IMG/VR virus record: IMGVR_UViG_3300030061_002247
Coordinates: 18,878-82,877 of that record
DNA length: 64,000 bases
Reading direction: 5' to 3' (one strand)
DNA from: a virus
Shown: positions 9,089 through 19,101 of the stretch, one piece after another
Layout: every line of letters begins with the position of its first letter
How positions within the stretch are numbered: the first letter of the stretch is position 1
Notes under the pieces: model-generated
Told to the model about the DNA's origin: nothing
What the model saw: only the letters and a program-made list of their open reading frames with translations
The model's database searches: none
Position numbers and translations under genes: made by a program

Positions 9089-11470
9089 TCACCACTCCTC
9101 CGGTAGACTACCTGATAGAGAGTCCAACTTCCATTCCATAGTGCTGTACACTGACTCTAGTTTCTTGTGTATCATCTTCTCTGTGATTGTCTCGTAGTCG
9201 ATGTCAAACTCATCTATCTCGGATGGGTCTCTGAAAGCAACTACCTCTGCCCACATTGACTTCCTCTTACTGAACTCAATTTGGTTAGGCATTGATTCAG
9301 GAGTTCTGGATATGTATACCCACTGTGCTCCGTCTCCGGGTTTGAATGGTTCATCAGGCTGCATGTTATCATTGTAGTACTTCGCCGCTCTAACAGCCAT
9401 TGGTACTACTGTTGTGTATTGATGGAACGGTTTCTTGACTCTACCGAAGGTAGCCACATCCTCTATGTTCACAGTACCATCCTTAAGAGAATTGACTATC
9501 GGTCTGATTGCTGCGTTTACCTCATCCTCAGAAGCACCTGTCCCTATTAGATTGAACGCTATGTCTTGCACCTTTTTGGTGATAGGAGCAGCGTTGGCTG
9601 CCTTCAACTCGAAACCTGTGACCTTCATCTTACCTTTCTCAGACTCAGGCCAAGTCTTGATACCGAAGTATCTGTTCTTGGTCTTGGTGCTAATCCAATA
9701 GTCGAAGTAAGCCTCCAACTCAACATCAAGATAAGGCATGTCCAACTTCTCCTGAGCAGATTTGGTTAGGTGCTTTGCTAGTGCCTCGGCTTCATCGAAC
9801 GGCACTTGTATGAATGCAGAGTCAGTGTGTCCGTACAGGGCAATGTGTCCCTGCTCCTCACTCTCTGACATTAGGAACTTGATACTCTCCCTACCTCTGT
9901 AGGTGATGGTCTTTCCAATGTCTAGGTCAGACCACATGCCCCCTATCTTTCGCATGGAAACCATACCGTAGAGAGCGTTGACTGCAACCTTGGTAGCAGT
10001 CTGTAACATGTCATATCCCAGTTTCTCATCCGGGTCAGTCGCTTCGTACATCTTCTTCTTGTACTCCTTTCTCAGAGCCAGCATCTCGACAACGACGCTA
10101 GGCAGAAGGCCTTGTTTGGTTTGCTCCCAGTGTGTTCCATTACCCACTGATTTAATCCCCTCACCACCATGTCTCCTCTTGGTCTCCCATGATAGGTTAT
10201 CACTGAGTATGATGTTAGGATAGAGTGACGCATAGTCTACGAGAGCAACACCCTCGTGTCTCCCATACTTGGGGTCTGGAATGAAAGCAGCCTGTAGTTC
10301 CTCTCTTGAGTTGGCCCTACCTGATGGTGCTTTCTTGTCTGTCCTTCGTGCAATCAATCCCCTGAAGTATCTAGTCACCTTGTTGGTGCTTGGGAAAGCC
10401 ACGCCACACAACTGCTGCATGGCTAGGTGGAAGTCGATTGCGTGTAGTTTCTCATCAACGTCTCTGAGTAGAGTGGTGTCCACCAGACAGTAGTCAACGA
10501 ACTCATCGAAGTACTCTCTCCAACCATTGTGCACAGTCATTCCCTCTATCCTGTTAGTGAGTTTCTCACCCAGTTCCAGTCTCTGTGCTACCCAGTCTAG
10601 TTTCCTGCTAGACATCTGTCCTCTACCTGACTTCTGCCAGATGGACTCAAAACCACTACCAGTCATACCACGAGCCGCACTGTCGTATACCAGACGACCC
10701 CTCAGTGGTTGTGCAGTGTCATCATAGAAACCCTGACCACCCTCTCTCAAGGGAGTCATGTAATGCAGAGGGCTTAGTCTGTTCATATCCTCTAGCCTTC
10801 TGACCAAGTGTGGAAGGTCAGCCCAATTACCAGCGTGTGCTACCAGTATGTCTGGGTTGCAGGCATCTAAGTACTGGAGGAAGCCCTCGTGCATGGCTGC
10901 CTCGCTCCCATACAGATGCAACACATAACCACCATGTCTGTCTATCCAATCAGTGGAGAAGTATTGCACTCCCTCCTTCCATGCGAATACCACAGGATGG
11001 TCTTCAAAGGTATCAACCACAGCCATGACTGTGGTGAAGTCTTCTTGGACATCCCACTCCAAGTCATAGTACCATATGCGTGGTATGAACTCAGGTATAC
11101 CGTCTGGGTATCTGTTGATGATGTACTGGTCTCTGTAGTCTAGGTCAGCCTCATAGGTATCTATCCTATCCTTGATGTTCCATAGGTTATCCGGTGAAGT
11201 GGTTGTCATCTTGATGAGTGGCACACCGTCAATACCCTCAGCCTCTTCATCGAAGTGGAACTCAGTGCCTTGGAAGTCTGCACATACCCTTGACTGCAAT
11301 CTCGGATTGATGTCTTTCCTGACCCAGCAGAACGGTTTGATGTAATCATCATCCTCAGATGTAATTATCCTCTCTTTCAATACACCATCCGCACCTCTAG
11401 TGCGTTCGTATATGTGAGGCAACTCGGTCCTGTCGAAGTCAGGATGAAACCAATCCACTATCATGCTCAT
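9089..11470 (-). CDS. polB: family B DNA polymerase
   Basis: ExoI YDLE, ExoIII YCLVD, motif A DYASLYPN, motif B KVAVNALYG, motif C YGHTDS, KNRY; start moved to MSMIVDW. Confidence 0.95.
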   Translation of the reverse strand: MSMIVDWFHPDFDRTELPHIYERTRGADGVLKERIITSEDDDYIKPFCWVRKDINPRLQSRVCADFQGTEFHFDEEAEGIDGVPLIKMTTTSPDNLWNIKDRIDTYEADLDYRDQYIINRYPDGIPEFIPRIWYYDLEWDVQEDFTTVMAVVDTFEDHPVVFAWKEGVQYFSTDWIDRHGGYVLHLYGSEAAMHEGFLQYLDACNPDILVAHAGNWADLPHLVRRLEDMNRLSPLHYMTPLREGGQGFYDDTAQPLRGRLVYDSAARGMTGSGFESIWQKSGRGQMSSRKLDWVAQRLELGEKLTNRIEGMTVHNGWREYFDEFVDYCLVDTTLLRDVDEKLHAIDFHLAMQQLCGVAFPSTNKVTRYFRGLIARRTDKKAPSGRANSREELQAAFIPDPKYGRHEGVALVDYASLYPNIILSDNLSWETKRRHGGEGIKSVGNGTHWEQTKQGLLPSVVVEMLALRKEYKKKMYEATDPDEKLGYDMLQTATKVAVNALYGMVSMRKIGGMWSDLDIGKTITYRGRESIKFLMSESEEQGHIALYGHTDSAFIQVPFDEAEALAKHLTKSAQEKLDMPYLDVELEAYFDYWISTKTKNRYFGIKTWPESEKGKMKVTGFELKAANAAPITKKVQDIAFNLIGTGASEDEVNAAIRPIVNSLKDGTVNIEDVATFGRVKKPFHQYTTVVPMAVRAAKYYNDNMQPDEPFKPGDGAQWVYISRTPESMPNQIEFSKRKSMWAEVVAFRDPSEIDEFDIDYETITEKMIHKKLESVYSTMEWKLDSLSGSLPEEW

Positions 11471-12216
11471 GCCTCGTTCTTGATAACGAGGAAACTGTTG
11501 TCTTGTTGAATGAACAAGAAGGTGTTTTCCCCCATATGCAGAACGGCACTCCCCTCGTCTAGAAGAGATGTACAGTCCATCAGCCACTTCCCGAACTTAG
11601 ATTCAAACCTCTGGTTCGGGCCTTCTACATCTGTCAACTCGATGTCGATTGTCAATTGCATAGTGCCTTGTTTGCCTGCCCTGAGGAAGAACTCATTCTC
11701 CTCTGGGTGTAAAGATATCATGAAGTTAGGATATGCGAAGAAGTTCTTGAAACTAGATACCGACTTCAGGTTGGTTATGTCTATCGTTCCATGAGCCTCT
11801 AACTGCTTGTCCTTGTATGTGGTGAACATGCTCTTCTCCGTCTGCTTGAGAATCTTCTCAACGAACGGGACTTTGGAATAACTGTTGATGCTACTCATAG
11901 TGGGTACTTTCAAGGTCATGGAGTCGCACTTGACTGTGAGTTGCTTACCCATGTCCTGTTGGGTGAATACTACCTTAGCACCCTTGGCCTTCTTACAGAA
12001 CTGCACCACCTTCTTCAGGTCGGATATCCCTAGGTTGCCCTCACTCTTGACATCATCATGTGGTACTAACATGTGCCTGCGTAGGTAATGCGTGTCGTAT
12101 GCGATAGTACCAGTCAACCTAGCACCCGCTACCATCACCAGCAGGTCTTCCACATTCTCACCAAACGATGAGAGGAAGGCTAACGCCTTCTTCCTATCAA
12201 GAGTCACGTGTGTCAT
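11467..12216 (-). CDS. putative sliding clamp (PCNA-like)
   Basis: ~250 aa with a repeated helix/strand pattern, directly upstream of polB and near RFC; no diagnostic motif. Confidence 0.5.
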   Translation of the reverse strand: MTHVTLDRKKALAFLSSFGENVEDLLVMVAGARLTGTIAYDTHYLRRHMLVPHDDVKSEGNLGISDLKKVVQFCKKAKGAKVVFTQQDMGKQLTVKCDSMTLKVPTMSSINSYSKVPFVEKILKQTEKSMFTTYKDKQLEAHGTIDITNLKSVSSFKNFFAYPNFMISLHPEENEFFLRAGKQGTMQLTIDIELTDVEGPNQRFESKFGKWLMDCTSLLDEGSAVLHMGENTFLFIQQDNSFLVIKNEA

Positions 12217-12217
12217 A

Positions 12218-13234
12218 TCACAGACTTCCATCGTATAGTTCAGGTAGTCCAAGGAAGACAGCGGGCTTACCCACTTCAGTCACTAAGACTGTCCTCTTCT
12301 GTCCCTGTAGTTGTGCGTTGGTCTTACACTTATCGAACGTAGCAGTGTACTCACTCTTGACTAACTTACCTGTCTCGTCATCATAAGAGTCTTCCCTGTT
12401 CATAGTGATAATCTGGAATACGAAGTTGTTGCTTGCCTTCTCCCAATCAGGCCTCCACTTAGCCGCTTCCTCGTTCTTTCCGAAAGAGTAGTTGGTAATC
12501 CTAAGATGGGTTTCCCAGAAGATACGTACACCTTGTTTCACTAACCCTTTACATACAGCAGTTAGTTGATGGAATCTAGTTTTACGGATGGCCCAATCCC
12601 ACTGGTGGCCCACCTTCTTGTTCCAGTCTGCACTGTCGATACCATCCTTAGCCAGATTCAAATCAACGATACGCATGTTGTTTACACACACGCTGTCCCA
12701 CAAATCCACACCAGTGATGTGCACTCCCCATAGTCGAGGCCCATCATAGTCAGGTGCGTTCTGGTCCTTCGCTCTCTGCAAGGCGAACTGCATAATCTTC
12801 ATGACACGGTTGTGAGTCTCTGGATAATCATAAGCAGTCCTATCATTGGTCTGCATGACCCAAGTATCCCAACACCTAATGCGGTCATTGTCTGGATAGA
12901 AGGCACTCGCTGATGCTGAGCCACCTCCATCGAAGTCTAGAATCTCAAGGGTATCTCCCCTCTTGGTTGCTTCCTCGTCTTTGGTGAATGCGTCAAGCAC
13001 GATGGCCGACTTACCAGTGTTCTCGTGTCCAGCAATACCCACGAACATGTGGGTCTTGGGTCTGTTCTGATGCAGGTTAGTCAACTCAGCCCTCAGGTCT
13101 GCGAAGGCATCCATGTGAGCCTTCTTCGGTTGCTGAGTCATGGTTGCCTGTTGCATCGGCTGCGGTGTGTTCTGTAGTTCTAGTGGTGTGTCTTTCGACG
13201 CTTCCATCGCTTTTGCTTTACCGAATCCTGCCAT
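12218..13234 (-). CDS. RecA-superfamily ATPase (RadA/Sak4/AAA_24-like)
   Basis: Walker A GHENTGKS, ILDFDGG; adjacent to putative SSB. Confidence 0.7.
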   Translation of the reverse strand: MAGFGKAKAMEASKDTPLELQNTPQPMQQATMTQQPKKAHMDAFADLRAELTNLHQNRPKTHMFVGIAGHENTGKSAIVLDAFTKDEEATKRGDTLEILDFDGGGSASASAFYPDNDRIRCWDTWVMQTNDRTAYDYPETHNRVMKIMQFALQRAKDQNAPDYDGPRLWGVHITGVDLWDSVCVNNMRIVDLNLAKDGIDSADWNKKVGHQWDWAIRKTRFHQLTAVCKGLVKQGVRIFWETHLRITNYSFGKNEEAAKWRPDWEKASNNFVFQIITMNREDSYDDETGKLVKSEYTATFDKCKTNAQLQGQKRTVLVTEVGKPAVFLGLPELYDGSL

Positions 13235-13494
13235 CAGTCCTCACTTTCCACTTGTTGTTGAGAAGGACCTTGTATCTCAAGTAAGTCTCTCTGTAGTTGT
13301 TGGAGACTTACATTGACACCGTTCACGAATGTCTCTAGCAGCCTGATAATAATCAGTCTGTTAGCAGATTGTGCTTGTATCTGCTGTGCTGCTTCAGAGA
13401 TTCTCTGTGCTTCGGCTGTCACCTGAGCCAACTGTTCTTTCAGTTCTGCGTTCATCGTTTCTACTTCTTTCTTACTCATTTTCTTTTCAGTCAT
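13234..13494 (-). CDS. small coiled-coil protein
   Basis: Q/E/L/A heptad pattern; coupled ORF. Confidence 0.6.
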   Translation of the reverse strand: MTEKKMSKKEVETMNAELKEQLAQVTAEAQRISEAAQQIQAQSANRLIIIRLLETFVNGVNVSLQQLQRDLLEIQGPSQQQVESED

Positions 13495-13499
13495 TTACA

Positions 13500-14876
13500 T
13501 CACTCCTGTTTGTCTTCTTCGTCTTTCGACTTGGACTCTTCTCCTATGAACTGGGACATGTTGGTGTTACCACCCTGTGTCCTCTTTCGTATTCTTCTTG
13601 GGTCTGCGTAGATACCAAAGACATTCATCTTAGGACTCTCTACACCATCCCTCACACTCATACCTATTCTTCCAATCACGATGATTGATGACTTCTCAGC
13701 CCAAGGTATTTCCTCATCGCCTTTTCTAGCGACGAATGGATTCGAGTTGTCATGGCATGCTCCGCTAATCCAACATGATACCTCTGCCTGTGGTTTCTCA
13801 CCGTATTGGCTTTGCAGGGATATGTTGGTTAGGTTGAGGCTGAAGTTTCTCCCAGACTCATCATACGCACTCTCCCTACCTTCTGTGGATAGTCTGCTCA
13901 CACTGCCCTTTGTGAACACAATAGGGCCTGCTCTTCCAGTCTCACCGTTTATCTCGAAGGTTCTGCTACCTGTTGCATAGGCATCACTCAATGACTCAAG
14001 CGGTACATACAACTGATGGAACAAGTCGGATGCTAGGAACTTGTGTGGGTGAAGGAACTTTACCTCATCCTCATCCACGAAGTCCGTAGTGTACTCGATG
14101 TTCTCATGGAATCCTATACCAGTGCCAAGCACATCCCTGAAAGCCTCTGCTGCCTCTGGGTTAGGTGGCCTTACCTGTATTCTACATGGGTCTCCAACTT
14201 TCACGTGCATATCAGATGAATCTCCTAATGCATCAACTCTCCATAGTTTGATGTCCTTGTCGAACTCATTCTCATGGTTGCCCAAGAAGTAGTAGTTCCT
14301 ACCTAGTAGTGAAGGATACATGGGTCGCCCTGTTGTCCTTCCCATGAGACAGATGTACTTCCCGTCTATCCTGATACCCATTGAAGGCTCATCTTCGATA
14401 GGGTCGTTAGTATCTACAACACCATTGGCAGTTCGTATACCCCAGAAGTTACCCTGATGGAAATACTCACCAACGACACCGTTGTCTACTGCTTCCTTGT
14501 TGTTCATGACGAACTCTCTAGTTGCCCTGCTGACCATACCGCCCCTGCGGTCTGTCTTCTTAGCATCGACACCTACGAAGCATCCGACGAAGGGAACTGT
14601 GTTAGCCCCGCCACCTACTGTGCTTCGCCTCAACTGGATAAAGCACTGCTCTGCCCAGTCAATGAGTAAGTCCTCATCCTCTTCCATCCAGTCTTCACAT
14701 GCATGTTCGCTTTCAATGAAAGATAGGAAGTGCTTGATTACATCAGGCAACTTGTCTCCTGTTCTCTCTGCGTGCTTCTGCATGCGTTCTAGGACTCCCT
14801 CTGGTAGAGCCAGTGGATTGTCACTTGCATTCTCGGTTACTGCGTCATACTCATATTCATTGTTTTCATCATTCAT
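13500..14876 (-). CDS. putative ssDNA-binding protein (OB-fold/RPA-like)
   Basis: Beta-rich C-terminal half, acidic tail, position between RFC and recombinase; function inferred from context. Confidence 0.45.
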   Translation of the reverse strand: MNDENNEYEYDAVTENASDNPLALPEGVLERMQKHAERTGDKLPDVIKHFLSFIESEHACEDWMEEDEDLLIDWAEQCFIQLRRSTVGGGANTVPFVGCFVGVDAKKTDRRGGMVSRATREFVMNNKEAVDNGVVGEYFHQGNFWGIRTANGVVDTNDPIEDEPSMGIRIDGKYICLMGRTTGRPMYPSLLGRNYYFLGNHENEFDKDIKLWRVDALGDSSDMHVKVGDPCRIQVRPPNPEAAEAFRDVLGTGIGFHENIEYTTDFVDEDEVKFLHPHKFLASDLFHQLYVPLESLSDAYATGSRTFEINGETGRAGPIVFTKGSVSRLSTEGRESAYDESGRNFSLNLTNISLQSQYGEKPQAEVSCWISGACHDNSNPFVARKGDEEIPWAEKSSIIVIGRIGMSVRDGVESPKMNVFGIYADPRRIRKRTQGGNTNMSQFIGEESKSKDEEDKQE

Positions 14877-15002
14877 GTTTCTTCATCTCCTTTATCTCAT
14901 TAAGGACTGCCTTCATCGTTATGTTCAGGTTGTCTATGCTGACTTGTATGCCAAGTAGACCACCTTGTATCGTTCTATCTAGTTCTTCTATTACACCACT
15001 AT

Positions 15003-15956
15003 TCATTGTTTCACTTCCTTTCTTAATCTCGCTACGAAGTAGTCGAGGAATGCTTGGTCGCTGTCAGGCCATTCGTATATGTGTGTCATCATATCACCGT
15101 ATACAGATAGCACTGTCCAGACTTTATCATCTTCATCCATGTTGAACAGGGATGATAGATTCTGATAGAAGGAACGCATCACGAAGAACCTGTCCCTTCC
15201 ATTGGAAACTGCCTTGTGGAATTGAATACGCATGTCCATCCACTCGTCTGTCAAAGCAGACAGGGCGGCTTGGCTCGGCCCACTGAAGTCACTCACCCTG
15301 TCCTTCAGGGCATGCATGTCATGCATGTGTAGTGATTCCAACACACCTACTGCTGACCTCAAGTCCCCACCCATGTAGGTGACGAGCCTTGGGAAGTAGT
15401 CCTTCCACACATCGAGAACACGCTCAGGCACTCCACACTTCTGACACACGTTGGTCAGATGCTTCGCACCCTCTTCACTGTCAACTGCCTTGAACTTGTA
15501 CACCACACACCTGCTCTTGATGGCAGGTCGTATCTTACTCTCATCATTGGCTGTGAATATGAATAGGCAGTTCTCTGTGCTGTTCTCTATAATCTGCCTC
15601 AATGCGTCCTGTGCGGCAGGAGTCAAACCATCAGCCTCATCAAGAAGGATGACCTTCCTGTCTGCCATGTATGGGCTAGTCTGTGCTGCCTGCTTCAGGA
15701 ACACACGAATGAACTCGATGCCCCTCTCATCACTGGCGTTGCACTCATAGTAATCACAGTCTATCGCTCTGTCTAGCATCTGTCTGGCAATCACACGAGC
15801 CGCTGTGGTCTTACCCACACCACTCTGACCAACGAAGAGCAAGGAGTCTGGATAGGAGTCGTTCGCTTTCCAGTTCAAGGCATCCTTGGTGAATGCCTGC
15901 TGTCCCACTATGTCTTCAAACTCGGTGGGTCTACCAATCTCATTCCACGACTTCAT
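15003..15956 (-). CDS. rfcS: replication factor C small subunit (clamp loader)
   Basis: RPTEFEDIVGQ, GQSGVGKTT, NASDERG, ILLDEAD, AQDALR, IKSRC, GDLR. Confidence 0.95.
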   Translation of the reverse strand: MKSWNEIGRPTEFEDIVGQQAFTKDALNWKANDSYPDSLLFVGQSGVGKTTAARVIARQMLDRAIDCDYYECNASDERGIEFIRVFLKQAAQTSPYMADRKVILLDEADGLTPAAQDALRQIIENSTENCLFIFTANDESKIRPAIKSRCVVYKFKAVDSEEGAKHLTNVCQKCGVPERVLDVWKDYFPRLVTYMGGDLRSAVGVLESLHMHDMHALKDRVSDFSGPSQAALSALTDEWMDMRIQFHKAVSNGRDRFFVMRSFYQNLSSLFNMDEDDKVWTVLSVYGDMMTHIYEWPDSDQAFLDYFVARLRKEVKQ

Positions 15957-16432
15957 ACACTATTCCTCTCTTGTTCCTTTATATGAGAAAGCCCCTCATC
16001 CGCTTTTTTGACCCATTCTACGAAGGCCTCGTAGTCTCTTGGTGGTGGGTTGTCAATCACCCACTTCAGAGATAGGTAGCCTTCCTTGTCCACCAGCCTA
16101 TCCTCTAACTTGAAGTGACCTATCATAGTCATCCACTTGTTCACCTCGTCTGCTCTGCTCATCTTCTCACGGTAGGGTAAATCGAATCTCTCCAATACCT
16201 CGTTCAGAAAAAGAAAACGATTTTCAGTTTCACTTTGTTGTTGCTTTATATGTGAACGAAATGAGATGGAACGTAGTACCCTGAATCCATTTGTGGATGA
16301 GGCACTCTTCTGGATGCTGAAGTTGAACTTCAAATCAGCACACAGAAAGCCTAAACCAAACCAGAAATTATCAGGATGTAATGTCATTGTATCAACTCGC
16401 ATGTATGAAATCGACGTATTGAGTAACGTCAC
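15953..16432 (-). CDS. degenerate single-motif LAGLIDADG-like protein
   Basis: FWFGLGFLCADLKFNFSI...GFRV resembles the LAGLIDADG helix and following beta-hairpin. Confidence 0.4.
   Translation of the reverse strand: MTLLNTSISYMRVDTMTLHPDNFWFGLGFLCADLKFNFSIQKSASSTNGFRVLRSISFRSHIKQQQSETENRFLFLNEVLERFDLPYREKMSRADEVNKWMTMIGHFKLEDRLVDKEGYLSLKWVIDNPPPRDYEAFVEWVKKADEGLSHIKEQERNSV
15971..15993 (-). promoter_or_regulatory. conserved promoter motif, upstream of rfcS
   Basis: + strand TTGTTCCTTTATATGAGAAAGCC. Confidence 0.8.
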
Positions 16433-17843
16433 TCATACCCAAGTCGTCTCTTGTTGAGACGACAAGGGCATCTGGGATTGACAGTGGGTCTTTCAATATA
16501 CTGGGTACAACCACCTCTATCGGTATGATAATCTCGTCTGGTATGTCTTCCCAATCCTTGCTGGGAATGATAGTGCATAGTCTGTCCACCATACCTCGTA
16601 TCGAGTTCTTCACATCACTGACGACATCAACATCGCCCACCACGATGAAGTCATCATAACCATCAACACACGAGAGTCTTACAGACAAGGTGTCCTGTAT
16701 ATTTCTTACAGAGTGAAGTCTGAGAATCATCTTGGATAAGGATGACATCATAACGTAGCCACCAAACTCCAGTGGTTTGTATTCACCTATTTCTGGGAAT
16801 CTTATAGCCTCATCATCTTTGAGACTGCTAATTAGGTCAGCCATACTATCTATACGTGTTGGCTGGTGTACAACTACAGGTGTGTCTTTCGTATGCTCCT
16901 GTAGTTTAGCCAGTCTCTCTTCAAGAGTGAGCGTGTGGTATCTTGGGAAGATGGCATCGAACACGTGTATGTTGTTGCCGTCAGTCACTGTCTCCAATAT
17001 CATAGGGGTGTCTGGAAGCCACGACGAGTCAGGTGCTTGTCCGTTGGATACAATCTTTCCACTCCTGTCTCTCCAGATGAAGCGAACTCCATCCTGTTCT
17101 CTAATCACATACAACATCTTAGTCGAACCCTTGTTGGGTATTCTTTGGTATTGAGAGTTATTAAACTCAACAAGTTTGTCTATGGAATCATGTGGGTGAA
17201 AGGGTAGATACCTTCTAGGTGATAGAGCCAGATTAGGTTCTTCATACCATCTGTCTGGTATGTCTAGACCCTGAGGGTCTTGGAATATCAAATGAATAAG
17301 TTCTGTGGCATCCTTCAGAGACGCATGTCTCTTCATCACATCAGCGTGGATGCCCTTGCTGATGCCTAGGTGTATCACGAACGCTCGTGATGTGATTGGT
17401 GGTTTGTTGGCTAAGACATGAGACCAGAACAGTCTGGCCTCAATCTCATCCATCTTGTGTGCTGTGTCTAGCACCTTGACTGCATTCATGGATAGGCTCT
17501 CCATCATCCTAAACGCATCCTTGACTGACCAGCCTTGTGACGTGCTGGCGTTGCTCTCCTGTGCGAGTGTGAGTGCTAGGTCGTTCTCACCTAACACATC
17601 CATGACCACATCAATGAACACGCCTACCTCTTCAGCGAAAAGCGATGCTAGTCCGTTCTTCGTCAGTAGTGCCTTCTGTGGATAAAGTAGTCTGTAAAAA
17701 TCTTGGGCCGAGTTTTCATTCTCTATCTTCGAGAGCACATCTCTCTTGTTGCTTCCCTGCCTAAGTGACTCGTATAGTCTAGAGGCCTTCAGGAAGTTCA
17801 TCCCAACACCTTGGTTATCAACTCTTGAAACTGCGATGACCAT
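16392..17843 (-). CDS. divergent ATP-dependent DNA ligase-like protein
   Basis: Helical N-domain, RDRSGK, MILE, HVFDAI, TLEERLAKL, OB-like C-terminus; no KxDG motif visible. Confidence 0.65.
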   Translation of the reverse strand: MVIAVSRVDNQGVGMNFLKASRLYESLRQGSNKRDVLSKIENENSAQDFYRLLYPQKALLTKNGLASLFAEEVGVFIDVVMDVLGENDLALTLAQESNASTSQGWSVKDAFRMMESLSMNAVKVLDTAHKMDEIEARLFWSHVLANKPPITSRAFVIHLGISKGIHADVMKRHASLKDATELIHLIFQDPQGLDIPDRWYEEPNLALSPRRYLPFHPHDSIDKLVEFNNSQYQRIPNKGSTKMLYVIREQDGVRFIWRDRSGKIVSNGQAPDSSWLPDTPMILETVTDGNNIHVFDAIFPRYHTLTLEERLAKLQEHTKDTPVVVHQPTRIDSMADLISSLKDDEAIRFPEIGEYKPLEFGGYVMMSSLSKMILRLHSVRNIQDTLSVRLSCVDGYDDFIVVGDVDVVSDVKNSIRGMVDRLCTIIPSKDWEDIPDEIIIPIEVVVPSILKDPLSIPDALVVSTRDDLGMSDVTQYVDFIHAS

Positions 17844-18175
17844 TCTCTGGGCCTCGGTTGAGTGCCTATCCCCAATGCCTCTTTGGTCTTGGTGGCTATC
17901 CCTCTGGAAGTCACCTTAACTCCAATCTTCTTGGACACGATGTATATGCAATCAACGAACAACGCATGTGGTGTTCTCCTGCAATCCCAGTGGGGATGCT
18001 TCTGCACCTCGTTCTGCAATAGTTCAGCGAGCACAATTACCTTCAGTGGTAGTTCAAGCGAAGCGGCAATCTTTCTCTTGCCATCATCGACGTGTGTCTC
18101 GTATGTCTGCTTGACTATCTGAGACTTACCGATTACCTGTTCTGGTTTCCCACCCTCGTTTGCCATCTCCATCAC
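17798..18175 (-). CDS. TFB/TFIIB-like single cyclin-fold repeat protein
   Basis: IAASLELP..V...A..L......RRTPHALFVDCIYIVSK..G.KVTSRGIA fits the TFB repeat pattern L.LP...GRSP..LAAA.LY......T.REIA. Confidence 0.6.
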   Translation of the reverse strand: MMEMANEGGKPEQVIGKSQIVKQTYETHVDDGKRKIAASLELPLKVIVLAELLQNEVQKHPHWDCRRTPHALFVDCIYIVSKKIGVKVTSRGIATKTKEALGIGTQPRPREWSSQFQELITKVLG

Positions 18176-18504
18176 TCCTGTTCATCATCCTCACTCCTCA
18201 GTAGTTCACTCACCTTGTTGCCCATGGCGTAGTACACATCTGCCCCATCACCATCCTTCATCACGACTCTCGCTCCGCAGTTGGTGCAATACAGTGGTAT
18301 CTCGAACACATCGGATATGTTTCCCTGCACCCCACCATTCGGTGACATGTCACTCACATTACCCATACCTAACTGCCAACTGTGACCGGCTTCCATGCAT
18401 TGCTCCAACTTCTGGAGTGTGTCTTTCAGGTTAGCCAGTTTCTGACCTTCCTCAATCATCTTCCTTGCCTGTTCCTCAATCTGCCTTATTCTGTCCTCAA
18501 TCAT
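18172..18504 (-). CDS. hypothetical zinc-binding protein
   Basis: Coiled coil, CxxxGHxW and CTNC. Confidence 0.55.
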   Translation of the reverse strand: MIEDRIRQIEEQARKMIEEGQKLANLKDTLQKLEQCMEAGHSWQLGMGNVSDMSPNGGVQGNISDVFEIPLYCTNCGARVVMKDGDGADVYYAMGNKVSELLRSEDDEQE

Positions 18505-18713
18505 CTTTCACAACTCCATACCTGATTCTGAAAGACAATAGCGTCTTCTGCTTTCATAGGCTTGGATGTGAATATCGTTCCATTAGACATGTGAATGTCC
18601 AGTATGGTATGCTTCTTCAGATACTTCGACTCTACTGTGTGTGTCACTGCTGACACGTCAGCCAATCTAATACTCGTATTACCCGATGTGGTTTCTATAC
18701 TCAAGTGATTCAT
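18501..18713 (-). CDS. hypothetical protein
   Basis: Coupled ORF on the coding strand. Confidence 0.5.
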   Translation of the reverse strand: MNHLSIETTSGNTSIRLADVSAVTHTVESKYLKKHTILDIHMSNGTIFTSKPMKAEDAIVFQNQVWSCER

Positions 18714-18843
18714 TCCTCATCCTCCAATAACATCTCAGCCACAGAAAAGGCCGTCAGTATTTTCAGGTGTGCTTCCAACAGTTGTATGATGCGGTCGAGT
18801 TTCCGCTCTACTGCTGTCTCGTGTCTGTCGAACTTTCCTGCTC

Positions 18844-19101
18844 TCATTCTTCAGCAACTCCTACCTTGTGTGGGTGATGGTTGGTGACTACGTAGTGTAG
18901 TATGTCGATGATTGCATTCATCTCTGCTATGTCCACGTCATCATCGTAGTTAGCAGTACCATCGTGGTACTTGTCATCCTCCTCATCGGGGTACTGAGTA
19001 TACTTCTCGATGTACTCCTCGTAGAAGTCCTCATCATGCTCCGCTATCGCCTTGATTATGGTCTGACCTATTTTCAGTCTGCTCTGCTCTTTACTTAACA
19101 T
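18844..19101 (-). CDS. hypothetical acidic protein
   Basis: D/E-rich coupled ORF. Confidence 0.55.
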   Translation of the reverse strand: MLSKEQSRLKIGQTIIKAIAEHDEDFYEEYIEKYTQYPDEEDDKYHDGTANYDDDVDIAEMNAIIDILHYVVTNHHPHKVGVAEE

